Below, in pieces: positions 1 through 9,120 of a stretch of 51,336 bases of DNA (its first letter is position 1; each line of letters begins with the position of its first letter). The notes under the pieces are model-generated. The model was not told where the DNA came from. It searched no databases and worked only from the letters and a program-made list of their open reading frames with translations. This DNA is from a virus. Lineage: Duplodnaviria; Caudoviricetes. The stretch is from the IMG/VR virus record IMGVR_UViG_3300027672_000019, positions 1 through 51,336 of that record; one strand, given 5' to 3'. A program made the translations under genes and the position numbers.

Positions 1-330
1 CGTAATACCTGGTATGTGTTTTGCAAAGGCAGTACTGTTAACGTCACGCTTGTCTTTATAATACAAGTCATGGTTACCATCAAAGAAGTAAAACTTCTCA
101 AATGCAGCACCAAGCTTCTCCATACTTCTAATTGTTGCGTCCATAGTGGTAAGATTGAGTGAATTACGATTATGATGCCAGTCTCCGCAGAAAATGCCAG
201 TCTCGCAACCAGCAGCTTGTGCTTGTTCTATGTACCAATCAATAAATTCTTCGCAATCTTCGTTGTGTATACGACTGTTACCTTTCAGACCAAAGTGAAT
301 GTCCGTAAATACCGCAGCTTTTTTAAACAA
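1..330 (-). CDS. Recombination endonuclease subunit, T4 gp47 / Mre11-SbcD metallophosphoesterase (N-terminal part; runs off the window)
   Basis: Not in the ORF track. Manual translation from TTG at 330 gives (M)FKKAAVFTDIHFGLKGNSRIHNEDCEEFIDWY...FCGDWHHNR...FDGNHDLYYK, containing the DxH, GDxxH and GNHD phosphoesterase motifs. GGAG Shine-Dalgarno upstream. Lies downstream of a gp55-like gene, as in T4-like phages. Confidence 0.9.
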   Translation of the reverse strand, partial: MFKKAAVFTDIHFGLKGNSRIHNEDCEEFIDWYIEQAQAAGCETGIFCGDWHHNRNSLNLTTMDATIRSMEKLGAAFEKFYFFDGNHDLYYKDKRDVNSTAFAKHIPGIT

Positions 331-357
331 ATTTAGTTCTCCATATGTACATGTACA

Positions 358-386
358 AGTATATAGTAAAATGCAACAGTTGTCAA
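358..386 (-). promoter_or_regulatory. sigma70-type (early/host RNAP) promoter for the gp47-like gene
   Basis: Minus strand reads TTGACA-17 nt-TATACT (tgtcaa at 381-386 and agtata at 358-363 on +). Confidence 0.75.
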
Positions 387-387
387 C

Positions 388-1242
388 CTATTTCTTGGGT
401 TTAAGTTCTGCAAACGCTGTGGCGCCTGCTTCTTCGTTGCGCTTTACTGCTGCTTCCCATTCGCCTTGATTTTGTCTAGTATAACTTGGATTTAAGTCAT
501 TCATTTCCAAAATATCATCTCGAATGTTTTGATTACGCTTCTCAATATTAATAACACGAACAAAACTGTTAGTTACAGCGGCAGTATAGTAAGCAAACGG
601 ATTGTCTGACTTAGATTCATCAAACTGCAAGCCAATTTGTGCTAATTGTAGTATTGCTTGACCTTTCATTTCGTCATTATAAGTATACCCACGAACATTA
701 CCACGAGTTGCATAACGATCAACAAGCTTTAACCACATTAGCGCAAGCGTATTAGTTGCTTTACCATGTTGATGACTAAAATGTCCATTGTCCATACCAC
801 CTACCCAATGACTTTTTCCAACTAATATAAGTTCGCCTTCGTCATTGTACTTGTAATGATGAAATGGTGGAAAGGGAAGCTTAACTCTTGTATCAGCAAC
901 AGTCTTTGGGTTCTTTTTACGACCTGGCTCTTCAGGAATATGATCAAATGACATAATGCGAAAGATTAATTCTTCTTTTGTGATTTCAGTATATAATGTT
1001 TCGCATTCTGCTTGCTTAACTTTTTCACCTAACCCTTTCCTACGCTCGTATTCAGCTGAAGACATCTTCTTTGCCTTGTTACGCTTTGCTTCTGTAACAG
1101 TTAGTCTGTTAACTTTATCTAGTGTAGGCAAAATAATATCATACTGACCGTATTCTGGTTCAGTATAACTGTTAAATTGATTCTTTGACTTATGTATTTC
1201 TTTAAGTATGTCTTTATTGTTTAAATAATTCTTGGGTTTCAT
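388..1242 (-). CDS. Late-transcription sigma factor, T4 gp55-like, with a long internal insertion
   Basis: N-terminal NYLNNKDILKEI and C-terminal RYATRGNVRGYTYNDEMKGQAILQL...FDESKSDNPFAYYT...FVRVINIEKR match the gp55 pattern (YVNNK..., YTYREEM, FDPEKS.NPFAYFT). Adjacent to the gp47-like gene. GGAG RBS. Confidence 0.85.
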   Translation of the reverse strand: MKPKNYLNNKDILKEIHKSKNQFNSYTEPEYGQYDIILPTLDKVNRLTVTEAKRNKAKKMSSAEYERRKGLGEKVKQAECETLYTEITKEELIFRIMSFDHIPEEPGRKKNPKTVADTRVKLPFPPFHHYKYNDEGELILVGKSHWVGGMDNGHFSHQHGKATNTLALMWLKLVDRYATRGNVRGYTYNDEMKGQAILQLAQIGLQFDESKSDNPFAYYTAAVTNSFVRVINIEKRNQNIRDDILEMNDLNPSYTRQNQGEWEAAVKRNEEAGATAFAELKPKK

Positions 1243-1265
1243 TACATTCTCCAGTTGTTATAACT

Positions 1266-1294
1266 ATTATAAACTACTATGTTAATTTTGTCAA
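1266..1294 (-). promoter_or_regulatory. Consensus sigma70 promoter driving the late sigma factor gene
   Basis: Minus strand reads TTGACA-aaattaacatagtagtt (17 nt)-TATAAT. Confidence 0.85.
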
Positions 1295-1295
1295 C

Positions 1296-1301
1296 TAAAT
1301 A
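1296..1301 (+). promoter_or_regulatory. Putative gp55-dependent late promoter (TAAATA)
   Basis: TAAATA-gtagt-ATAGGAG lies directly before the first structural gene. It is the core of the T4 late consensus TATAAATA and recurs in other intergenic gaps of the structural module. Confidence 0.6.
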
Positions 1302-1325
1302 GTAGTATAGGAGACAAGATAAATT

Positions 1326-2177
1326 ATGGCCTTTTCAATAAAATCAGCAGCATCTAACTTTATGAGTAGTGTGTTATCTGATGTAAAAAATACTGTTAAA
1401 GACGCTGCATTAGGAGCAATAACCCAGAAGCTTGGCGCCCTTGGTCCGTTAGGAAAGTTAGCTGCTGACTTTGTAAGCCAGACATCAGGGTTTGGGTCAA
1501 ATAATAACAGAACAATATCAAGGGCTATTATCTCAGCTGACAATTCATCTGCAGAAGCAGGCGACTGGCGAGTTAGTATAAGTGTTCCTGAAGTATTTTT
1601 AACAGGCGGCAACATATTAGCTCCATTACGTGAACCTTCTGCTCCATCTAGTCACTGGAATACTGGAAACAGAATGATATTTCCGTTTAACCCTACAGTA
1701 TTATTGAGTCACAGTGCAAGTTACTCTCAAGTGCATCCAACACATACAAATTATGCTTATAATGCATATGAAAATAGTCAAGTAGATGCAATTACACTTA
1801 CAGGCGATTTTTATCAAGAAAATGAAAATGATGCAAGGTATTGGTTAGCATGCCTACACTTTTTAAGAAGCGCAACAAAGATGTTTTACGGTAATAGCCA
1901 ACCACTTGGCAATCCACCTGTTGTTTGCAGACTTAACGGTTACGGCAAACATGTATTAAATAATATTCCTGTTGTAATAACAAATTTTACAACAGACTTG
2001 CCTGTTGATGTTGACTATATTGAGTGTAGTGTAGACGGGCATCAAAACTATGTGCCTACACAAAGTTCAATAACAGTTACATTACAACCGCAATACGCAA
2101 GAAGATCAGCAGCAGGCTTTAGTTTATCTGCATATGCTAACGGCGGTCATATAAATGGACCGGAGGGATTTGTATAA
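1326..2177 (+). CDS. Putative baseplate tail-tube initiator/cap protein (gp48/gp54- or CIS-tube-like)
   Basis: FPFNPT...HTNY...ITLTGDF...HFLRSATKMFYG...GNPPVVCRLNGYG...PVVITNFTTDLP resembles tube-fold initiator proteins. Immediately upstream of the LysM and hub genes. Confidence 0.55.
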   Translation: MAFSIKSAASNFMSSVLSDVKNTVKDAALGAITQKLGALGPLGKLAADFVSQTSGFGSNNNRTISRAIISADNSSAEAGDWRVSISVPEVFLTGGNILAPLREPSAPSSHWNTGNRMIFPFNPTVLLSHSASYSQVHPTHTNYAYNAYENSQVDAITLTGDFYQENENDARYWLACLHFLRSATKMFYGNSQPLGNPPVVCRLNGYGKHVLNNIPVVITNFTTDLPVDVDYIECSVDGHQNYVPTQSSITVTLQPQYARRSAAGFSLSAYANGGHINGPEGFV

Positions 2178-2473
2178 TGAGAAACAATTTAAGTCCGTAT
2201 GCAAATACGCCAGTAACTAATCAAGGTTATTTAGACATACTAAAACCACGACCAGTGCCAGTAAGTGGAAAAGATATTCTTTTTACAATAACTCCTGAAT
2301 ACACATATCGTCCTGACTTACTTGCACATATTACATACGGCAGAAAAGAGTTATGGTGGGTATTTGCACAGCGTAATTTAGATGTATTAAAAGATCCTGT
2401 TTTTGATTTTATTGCAGGCACGAAAATATTCTTGCCTGATCATTCTGCATTAAGAAACACTTTAGGAATATAA
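2177..2473 (+). CDS. Baseplate wedge LysM-like protein (T4 gp53 / P2 gpX-like)
   Basis: YRPDLLAHITYGRKELWWVFAQRN...GTKIFLP is the typical gp53/gpX LysM-like signature. TAATG coupling to the previous gene. Confidence 0.8.
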   Translation: MRNNLSPYANTPVTNQGYLDILKPRPVPVSGKDILFTITPEYTYRPDLLAHITYGRKELWWVFAQRNLDVLKDPVFDFIAGTKIFLPDHSALRNTLGI

Positions 2474-2474
2474 T

Positions 2475-5400
2475 ATGCCAGCGTTCAATTTAAATGCAGC
2501 AGTTAAGAGTACAGCTAATTCAGCAGTCAATACAGCAGTCAGCACAGTTAGTGCAAAAGTTGGAGCAAGCGTAGGCGGAAAAATACCAGGCGGTCTAGGC
2601 GGATCATTAAGTACTAATAAACTTGGCGCAGCATTACTAGGCGGCGTAGTAGGCGGATTACTTGATGGCGGAAAAGGCGCAGCTATAGGAGGGTTGTTAG
2701 GAGCAAGCGGCGTGTTAGGCGCACTTCAAAATAAACTCCAAGGACTAATAGGTGATGCCGAAGAGTTAACTGGATTACTTGATAACCCTTTAAAAATAAT
2801 CGAGCGAGGAGCAGCTGACCTTGCAGGATTAACTGGAGAAGATACAGCATTACAATTATCACAGTATCGAGATCAGCTAGACAATTCTGCATACGATGAA
2901 TTTGTAGATAATGCTTGGCCAGATCCGTATAAAGGTAACGATTCTTCTGCTAGTAGAGTTCCTAATCCTTTACGAAATCATAATGGTGTTAATTATAAAA
3001 TTTCACTAGGTATATTAAGTGCAGAAGAATATAATGATCCTGGTGTAATTAGAACAGCAGGCGGTTTTAAAAGTTATATAATACAAAGCGGCGGCGGCAA
3101 CTTAGAAAAACGATATCAAGTTGCTGACGAGGTAGCCGGCAACGTTGCAGGAAATCATCACAACGATGGCACAACAACCCATGCAGAATACTATATTGAT
3201 GATCTAAACATAGAAGGCGTAATTGCTCCTAATCCAAACACTAGGGTAACATTAGGAACAGCACTTACGTTTAATGTAACTGAACCTTATAGTATGGGAA
3301 ATTTTATTCAAGCTGTTATTGGATCAGCTGCCGAATCTGGTGAATCTAATTATCTACAAGCTCCTTTTTGTTTAAGAATAGATTTTGTTGGCTGGAATTT
3401 AGACGGCTACTCAGATGCTAACTTTGTTACAGAGCCTATTTTTATACCTATTAAACTTGTTAATATGGAATTTAATGTCTCCGGCCAAGGTAGTCGATAT
3501 GCAGTTACAGCAGTACCAATGGCTGAAACAGGATTAGATGATAATATTAATAAAATTAAAACATCAATTACAGCATATGGAAAGCAACTACACGAAATTC
3601 TTGAAACAAATGATGCGTCAATTACAGCAGGAATAAACGGTCAAATACAAAACTTAGAAGAAGCTGGAGCACTTGCTCCTTATGATAGATATATTATAGC
3701 ATTTCCAAAAGATGAAGCAGCAATACGAAATGCATTAAAATCAAAAACAATTGATGAAGAATCTTTTACTACTACAGCAGAAAAACAAGCTGCTGAAAAA
3801 GGCCAACATAAAAATCCTGATCTAAACGAATCTAATGCTACGCCAGAAAGTTTAGATAACATAGTAATTAAACAATCAACAAATATTTTTAATATAATTA
3901 AAAGCTTTGCTGAAAATACAGACTTAATGAATGAAATTGGTCTAAGTCCAGTAACAATTAATACAAATGCACCTGGCAACACACCAGCTGTAGATGCACA
4001 AGCAGTTACAGATGACGAAACCGGACTAGTTGATACTGCTGCCCAAGCAGCACAACCTTCAGGAGCAGTACGAGAACATCAATTTAAGGCTAACGAACAA
4101 ATTACTACTATTATTGAAAAGTTAGTATTACAAACTGAATATGCAATGGTTAAATCAACAGAGGAAACAAAAAATGGAATGTCTAAATGGTTTAGAATTG
4201 ACACACAGGTTTATCTTGAAGAAAGTAAACTAACAGAAGCTACAATGGGCCGCAAGCCTAAAGTTTATGTGTTTAGTGTTGTTCCATACGAAGTTGATGA
4301 AGCTGTAACAGCAGCAAGTTCTGCTAAAGCATCTAATGCAGCAGGATTAAGAGCTGCCGCAGCTAAAGAATACAATTATATTTACACAGGTAAAAATGAA
4401 GATGTTTTAGCTTTTGATATTAACTTTAATAATGCATTTCAGCAAACAGCATTTTCAGATTTAGGTATGAACTCGGGTTCACGTCAAGATACAAACGTTG
4501 GTACAACGGCAACAGTACAACAAGATATGGATGCTGGAGCAACAATTGCTGATCCAAAAAACACCGGAAGTAACAACGATCCAGGTGGCGGCACCCAGCT
4601 AGAGACTAAAACTGCTTTATCTCCAGGATCTCATAGTTTAGACATACGTACAAGAATTGCAGAAAACTTTCATGATAGAATTACAAATTTAACAGCCGAC
4701 ATGATTACTGCTGAAATGTCTATTATGGGAGACCCGTTCTTCATCCCACAACAGACTGGAAACTACACATCTATGTCTAAAGATAAACCTAGTGTAGGAT
4801 CTGACGGTACAATGATATATACTAGAGGACAAGTTTTTTGTGTAGTTAATTTCAAAACACCATTTGATTACCAAGTTAAAGGTGCAACTATGGAAATGCC
4901 GCAAACAGTACAAAACTTTAGTGGGTTGTACAATATTTGGGCAGTGGTTAATAACTTCTCTAAAGGGCAATTCACACAAACCCTTAAAATGGTTAGGCGT
5001 GTTGGACAAGATGATCCTGCTACAGAAGGATCTAAATCTAACGTAGAAGTTAGTAATGAATCTTCAATTAAAAAGGGAACAGTAGTTAGTGACGGAACAG
5101 TCGGAGCACAAAATCAAGGTATAGATTGTATACCAGCACCAGCAAATGATGATATCACAAAGTTATTACCAGCAATACCATCTGACGAAGCTGATAAGTT
5201 ATCAGCAGGATTTAAAGATCTTGAAGCTGCCGCGATGGGAGCTGTTACTAATGCTATACCGTCTGAAATTGCAGGTGTTGATTTTGGCCTAGTAAAAGCT
5301 CTTGATCTAAGTAAAATTATTCCAAAAGCAATAGGCGATGTAGCATTTGGCGCAATAGCTGGTAAAATAGGCGGCGCCGGCGGCCTTGCTGTTGGCTCAC

Positions 5401-5609
5401 TAGCTAGTGATGCAATACGCGGCATTGGAGTTGCTGCATCAGGAGGTTACACTCCTACTGGTCTCCAAGCTAGTCTTGCAACCGACCAACTCAATACTAA
5501 TGCAGTAACAGCTTCACTTGCTGTAAATAGCATAGCATCGACTAGCATAGCATCAGTTTCCGGTGCAGCAACTGACAAAGCTAAAAGCTTACTTAAAGGA
5601 GTTGGGTGA
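2475..5609 (+). CDS. Baseplate hub protein (gp27/gpD-like) with Gly/Ala-rich terminal extensions
   Basis: Late motifs AEMSIMGDPFFI and FSGLYNIWAVVNNFSKGQFTQTLKMVR are typical of gp27/gpD/VgrG hub C-terminal barrels. Located between the LysM and gp5 genes. Confidence 0.65.
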   Translation: MPAFNLNAAVKSTANSAVNTAVSTVSAKVGASVGGKIPGGLGGSLSTNKLGAALLGGVVGGLLDGGKGAAIGGLLGASGVLGALQNKLQGLIGDAEELTGLLDNPLKIIERGAADLAGLTGEDTALQLSQYRDQLDNSAYDEFVDNAWPDPYKGNDSSASRVPNPLRNHNGVNYKISLGILSAEEYNDPGVIRTAGGFKSYIIQSGGGNLEKRYQVADEVAGNVAGNHHNDGTTTHAEYYIDDLNIEGVIAPNPNTRVTLGTALTFNVTEPYSMGNFIQAVIGSAAESGESNYLQAPFCLRIDFVGWNLDGYSDANFVTEPIFIPIKLVNMEFNVSGQGSRYAVTAVPMAETGLDDNINKIKTSITAYGKQLHEILETNDASITAGINGQIQNLEEAGALAPYDRYIIAFPKDEAAIRNALKSKTIDEESFTTTAEKQAAEKGQHKNPDLNESNATPESLDNIVIKQSTNIFNIIKSFAENTDLMNEIGLSPVTINTNAPGNTPAVDAQAVTDDETGLVDTAAQAAQPSGAVREHQFKANEQITTIIEKLVLQTEYAMVKSTEETKNGMSKWFRIDTQVYLEESKLTEATMGRKPKVYVFSVVPYEVDEAVTAASSAKASNAAGLRAAAAKEYNYIYTGKNEDVLAFDINFNNAFQQTAFSDLGMNSGSRQDTNVGTTATVQQDMDAGATIADPKNTGSNNDPGGGTQLETKTALSPGSHSLDIRTRIAENFHDRITNLTADMITAEMSIMGDPFFIPQQTGNYTSMSKDKPSVGSDGTMIYTRGQVFCVVNFKTPFDYQVKGATMEMPQTVQNFSGLYNIWAVVNNFSKGQFTQTLKMVRRVGQDDPATEGSKSNVEVSNESSIKKGTVVSDGTVGAQNQGIDCIPAPANDDITKLLPAIPSDEADKLSAGFKDLEAAAMGAVTNAIPSEIAGVDFGLVKALDLSKIIPKAIGDVAFGAIAGKIGGAGGLAVGSLASDAIRGIGVAASGGYTPTGLQASLATDQLNTNAVTASLAVNSIASTSIASVSGAATDKAKSLLKGVG

Positions 5610-6613
5610 TGGTAGAGATAGATGACGACGAACCAACCGGCGAAACTGAAGACGAATCGGTAGCAGTCACTACAGAACCTGACCAAGGTTGGAGAACCGC
5701 AGACGGGTTTGTGGCGTATGATAACTATCATCAGGCGTTTGTTCATGAAGATGGCAAACCTCGAGTTATTATAATAATAAATAATCACGAACGCCATAGT
5801 GGCGTACCATTTCCAAATAATAAACATTATTTTGTTGTTGTTCCTGACTGGGAATTTTGGCGAATAACACCGTTGTGTATTGAGCTTAGTGAGCTGAAGA
5901 TAACAAATGACGGAAGTTATGAGTTATTCATTGAATCTCTCTCTACAGCAACACTTTGGCCTCCAATAAACTCGGTATTACTTGATGACGACTGGTATGG
6001 CGTTCCGCTTTATGTACCTGACCCAAACGTAGACCATGCAAGACCGGTTACAGAAGTAACAAAAACTACTAGTGCTGTTACAGGAAATACTGTAGAAACT
6101 ACAGTAGTAACTGATCCTAAAGCAGTAGGTCCTGTAACTAGTAGCGAAGTAAAAGTAGGTATAGCTGACCAAGTTAACAATCTTAAAGTTGGCGACACAG
6201 CTACTCCAGAACAGATAAGATTTATGGCACAAGGGGCTAAACCTGATACTAAGGCTAAACTCAAGCTTGAACCGTGTATACCAAATGTTCCACCTGCAAA
6301 CGAAGTTGCTAAAGGAGCAGGCTCAGCACCTAAAGTTAAAGGCCCGGATGACGTAATAGCAGAAGCAAGAAAACGAGCCGCAGAACGAGCAAATGTAAAT
6401 CCAAATGTATCCGACGGAACTGCAAACCCAGGACCAGCTGCAGAAGCAACTAAGCCTCAACTTGTAACTCAAGACACAACAGTTAATCCAGTAAACGGTA
6501 AACCTTCTTCAGAAGCCTCAGTAACCGAAGGCGTGTATGCATATAAACCAATGCGTACTGGATTTGACAGGTATGATTTTAACAGTGGTAAGAAATTATT
6601 CACAGCACCATAA
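5609..6613 (+). CDS. Hypothetical protein, probably baseplate-associated
   Basis: ORF of about 334 aa filling the gap between hub and spike. AGGAG at 5597-5601 favours ATG 5609 (TGATG overlap) over GTG 5606. No recognisable family. Confidence 0.6.
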   Translation: MVEIDDDEPTGETEDESVAVTTEPDQGWRTADGFVAYDNYHQAFVHEDGKPRVIIIINNHERHSGVPFPNNKHYFVVVPDWEFWRITPLCIELSELKITNDGSYELFIESLSTATLWPPINSVLLDDDWYGVPLYVPDPNVDHARPVTEVTKTTSAVTGNTVETTVVTDPKAVGPVTSSEVKVGIADQVNNLKVGDTATPEQIRFMAQGAKPDTKAKLKLEPCIPNVPPANEVAKGAGSAPKVKGPDDVIAEARKRAAERANVNPNVSDGTANPGPAAEATKPQLVTQDTTVNPVNGKPSSEASVTEGVYAYKPMRTGFDRYDFNSGKKLFTAP

Positions 6614-6632
6614 CTAGAGGACTACATTAAAC

Positions 6633-9104
6633 ATGGCATCAGGAAACTATACAAGAACATCAGCAGGTATGACTACTGGATTTAAAGATTCAGGACCATA
6701 TGAAGCAATTGTAGTTAATAACCTCGACAGTCGATATATGGGCGGTCTTACTGTTGAATTGTTAAAATACACTCAAGCGGGTGGCACTCCGGAAAAATCA
6801 GGACAGCTACTAAATGTTAGATATTTAAGCCCTTTTTACGGCACAACACCAAACTCAGCGTTAACAGCAAACGATGGTTACGAACATACACAAAAAAGTT
6901 ATGGTATGTGGATGGTCCCTCCAGACATAGGTACTAAGGTACTTGTAATATTTGCAGAAGGCAATGCAAACTTTGGTTATTGGATTGGATGTATACCTGC
7001 AGACTATATGAACTTTATGGTTCCTGACGGCAAAGCATCTACACAAAATACAACAGGTGTTACTCCTCCTGGTTTAAAAGGTAGAAAACTCCCAGTAGGC
7101 GAGTATAACAAAGCAATTGAAACTGGCGCAAAGGTTGATCCTACACTTTTTGAAAAACCTTACAACAAAGACTTTACAGAATCCTTAGAAATTCAAGGGT
7201 TGTTAAATGACGAAGCCCGCGGCACAACTACAACTAGTGCAAGACGAGAAATACCTAGTATGGTATTTGGTATTAGTACTCCTGGTCCAAAGGATCGGAG
7301 AGACGGAGCACCTAAATCAGAAATAGGCACAGCTGGACAAAAAGTAGCAGTACCGTCTAATAGACTTGGCGGCACATCATTTGTAATGGACGACGGCGAT
7401 GAAAGATTTGTTCGCGCCACACATGCAGAAGATGGTCCTCCTATATATAAAAACAAAGGAAATAAAGAAGAGGGCGGTGATAGAACCATTCCGCAAAACG
7501 AATTATTCCGTATACGTACTAGAACTGGTCATCAAATATTAATGAATAACAGCGAAGACTTAATTTATATAGGTAACGCTCGTGGAACAACTTGGATAGA
7601 AATGTCTAGTGATGGCAAAATTGATATTCATGCACAAGACAGTGTTAGTATTATGACTGAAAATGATTTAAACATTACTGCTGAACGTGATATTAATATG
7701 GAAGCTGGCAGAAATGTTAATATTAAAGCTACTGGCAGAACAAAAGGCCAAGATACTGGCAGAGTACAAATTGAATCTGTTAACGATTTTAATTTACATG
7801 TTGGAGCTAATAGTAAAATTACTGTAGGAAAAGATCAACATATAAAAGTAAAAGGATCGCAGCATTTAGATACTAATAATTTTTTGCATATTAAAACAGG
7901 TCAAGATAATAGATTAACAGCAGGCGGCTCAACACATATTAACAGTACTAAAGAGCATAGAGAAACAGCAACATATGTGCATATGAATGGACCAACAGCT
8001 TCGATAGCAAATCCTTCGAAAGAAGTACAATCACTTGAAACAATCACGTTACCGCGTGTTGAGCCAGGTAGTGTAATATCAGGATACGAATCTATACTAG
8101 CAAGAGCACCGCAGCACGAGCCTTGGCCGCACCATGAAAACTTAGATCCGCTATCGTTTAAGAAAACACAAACAGATAGAGAAACACCAGGAGCACTCCC
8201 AACAGCAGATAGAGTAGTTACTCCGGATACGTTTGATAAAAACTTACAAGGACGTACAACAAGTGCGTATGTTGGCGGCTCAGGCGGCAACGTTACATCG
8301 GGATCAAGTGCAGGTGGACCCGGACACGGCCAAACTCCAGTACCACAAGGAGATTATACAAGCAACTTTGACTTTGACGGTACAGAAGCATTAGGATCAT
8401 TAAGCGCAAGATACGAATCAAGAGGAAACCCAGCAACTATTGGTTGGGATAGTACAGGTGGATTTAGTTACGGAACATATCAGCTTGCAGCAAACGTAGG
8501 TGTTATGAACGAATTCCATAATTGGCTAGCAAACGCACATCCTAATTTAGAGTCGCAATTATCCGCAGCAGGAGGAGCAACAGCAGCCCGCGCAGGAACT
8601 AAAGCATATAAAGCAGCTTGGGCACAAGTAATGTCTACAGCAGAAGCAGCAGAAGCACAACACGAGTATGCAGTATTAGCGTACTATAGTCCAGGTGCTA
8701 GAAATATTAAAAGAAAAACTGCTCTTGACTGTAATTTACGTTCTACAACTTTACAAAATGTTGTGTGGTCTTGTGCTATACAACACGGAGTTGGCGGCGC
8801 AGCAAAAGTATTCCGCAATGCTCTTGCATCTCTTGGATATCCAGGTAACCAACCATCTCTCACTGAACCAAGTGAAGCTGCTTTAATTAGAGCAGTTTAT
8901 AAAGAGCGTCGAAATGTCAATAAGCATTTTGCTAGGAGTACTTCTGGTGTTAAAGCAAGTGTTGTTAAACGGTTCCATAATGAAGAAGCTGATGCATTAA
9001 AAAGTTTAGAACAGGAAATTTTACTAGCAAAACAAAATATAAAACAACAAGAGCCAACTGATAATAGTGCAGCACAACAACCAGCAGGTTCTTTAAGGGT
9101 ATAA
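6633..9104 (+). CDS. Baseplate central spike (gp5/VgrG-like): OB-fold, beta-helix, C-terminal lysozyme-like peptidoglycan hydrolase
   Basis: OB-fold motif GPYEAIVVNNLD...YGMWMVPPDIGTKVLVIFAEG...YWIGC; RTRTGHQILM and beta-helical repeats; HEPWPHHE motif; C-terminal LGSLSARYES...GGFSYGTYQL...WSCAIQHG...RFHNE domain resembling the VgrG3 C-terminal muramidase. Confidence 0.85.
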   Translation: MASGNYTRTSAGMTTGFKDSGPYEAIVVNNLDSRYMGGLTVELLKYTQAGGTPEKSGQLLNVRYLSPFYGTTPNSALTANDGYEHTQKSYGMWMVPPDIGTKVLVIFAEGNANFGYWIGCIPADYMNFMVPDGKASTQNTTGVTPPGLKGRKLPVGEYNKAIETGAKVDPTLFEKPYNKDFTESLEIQGLLNDEARGTTTTSARREIPSMVFGISTPGPKDRRDGAPKSEIGTAGQKVAVPSNRLGGTSFVMDDGDERFVRATHAEDGPPIYKNKGNKEEGGDRTIPQNELFRIRTRTGHQILMNNSEDLIYIGNARGTTWIEMSSDGKIDIHAQDSVSIMTENDLNITAERDINMEAGRNVNIKATGRTKGQDTGRVQIESVNDFNLHVGANSKITVGKDQHIKVKGSQHLDTNNFLHIKTGQDNRLTAGGSTHINSTKEHRETATYVHMNGPTASIANPSKEVQSLETITLPRVEPGSVISGYESILARAPQHEPWPHHENLDPLSFKKTQTDRETPGALPTADRVVTPDTFDKNLQGRTTSAYVGGSGGNVTSGSSAGGPGHGQTPVPQGDYTSNFDFDGTEALGSLSARYESRGNPATIGWDSTGGFSYGTYQLAANVGVMNEFHNWLANAHPNLESQLSAAGGATAARAGTKAYKAAWAQVMSTAEAAEAQHEYAVLAYYSPGARNIKRKTALDCNLRSTTLQNVVWSCAIQHGVGGAAKVFRNALASLGYPGNQPSLTEPSEAALIRAVYKERRNVNKHFARSTSGVKASVVKRFHNEEADALKSLEQEILLAKQNIKQQEPTDNSAAQQPAGSLRV

Positions 9105-9110
9105 TTAGGG

Positions 9111-9116
9111 TAAATA
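9111..9116 (+). promoter_or_regulatory. Putative late promoter (TAAATA)
   Basis: TAAATA-tagt-ATG in the 16-nt gap before gp25. Confidence 0.55.
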
Positions 9117-9120
9117 TAGT

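Noticed and set aside
2475-5609. Tape measure protein call for the 1044-aa ORF
   Set aside because: Only the termini are Gly/Ala-rich; the core is beta-rich with hub-type motifs.
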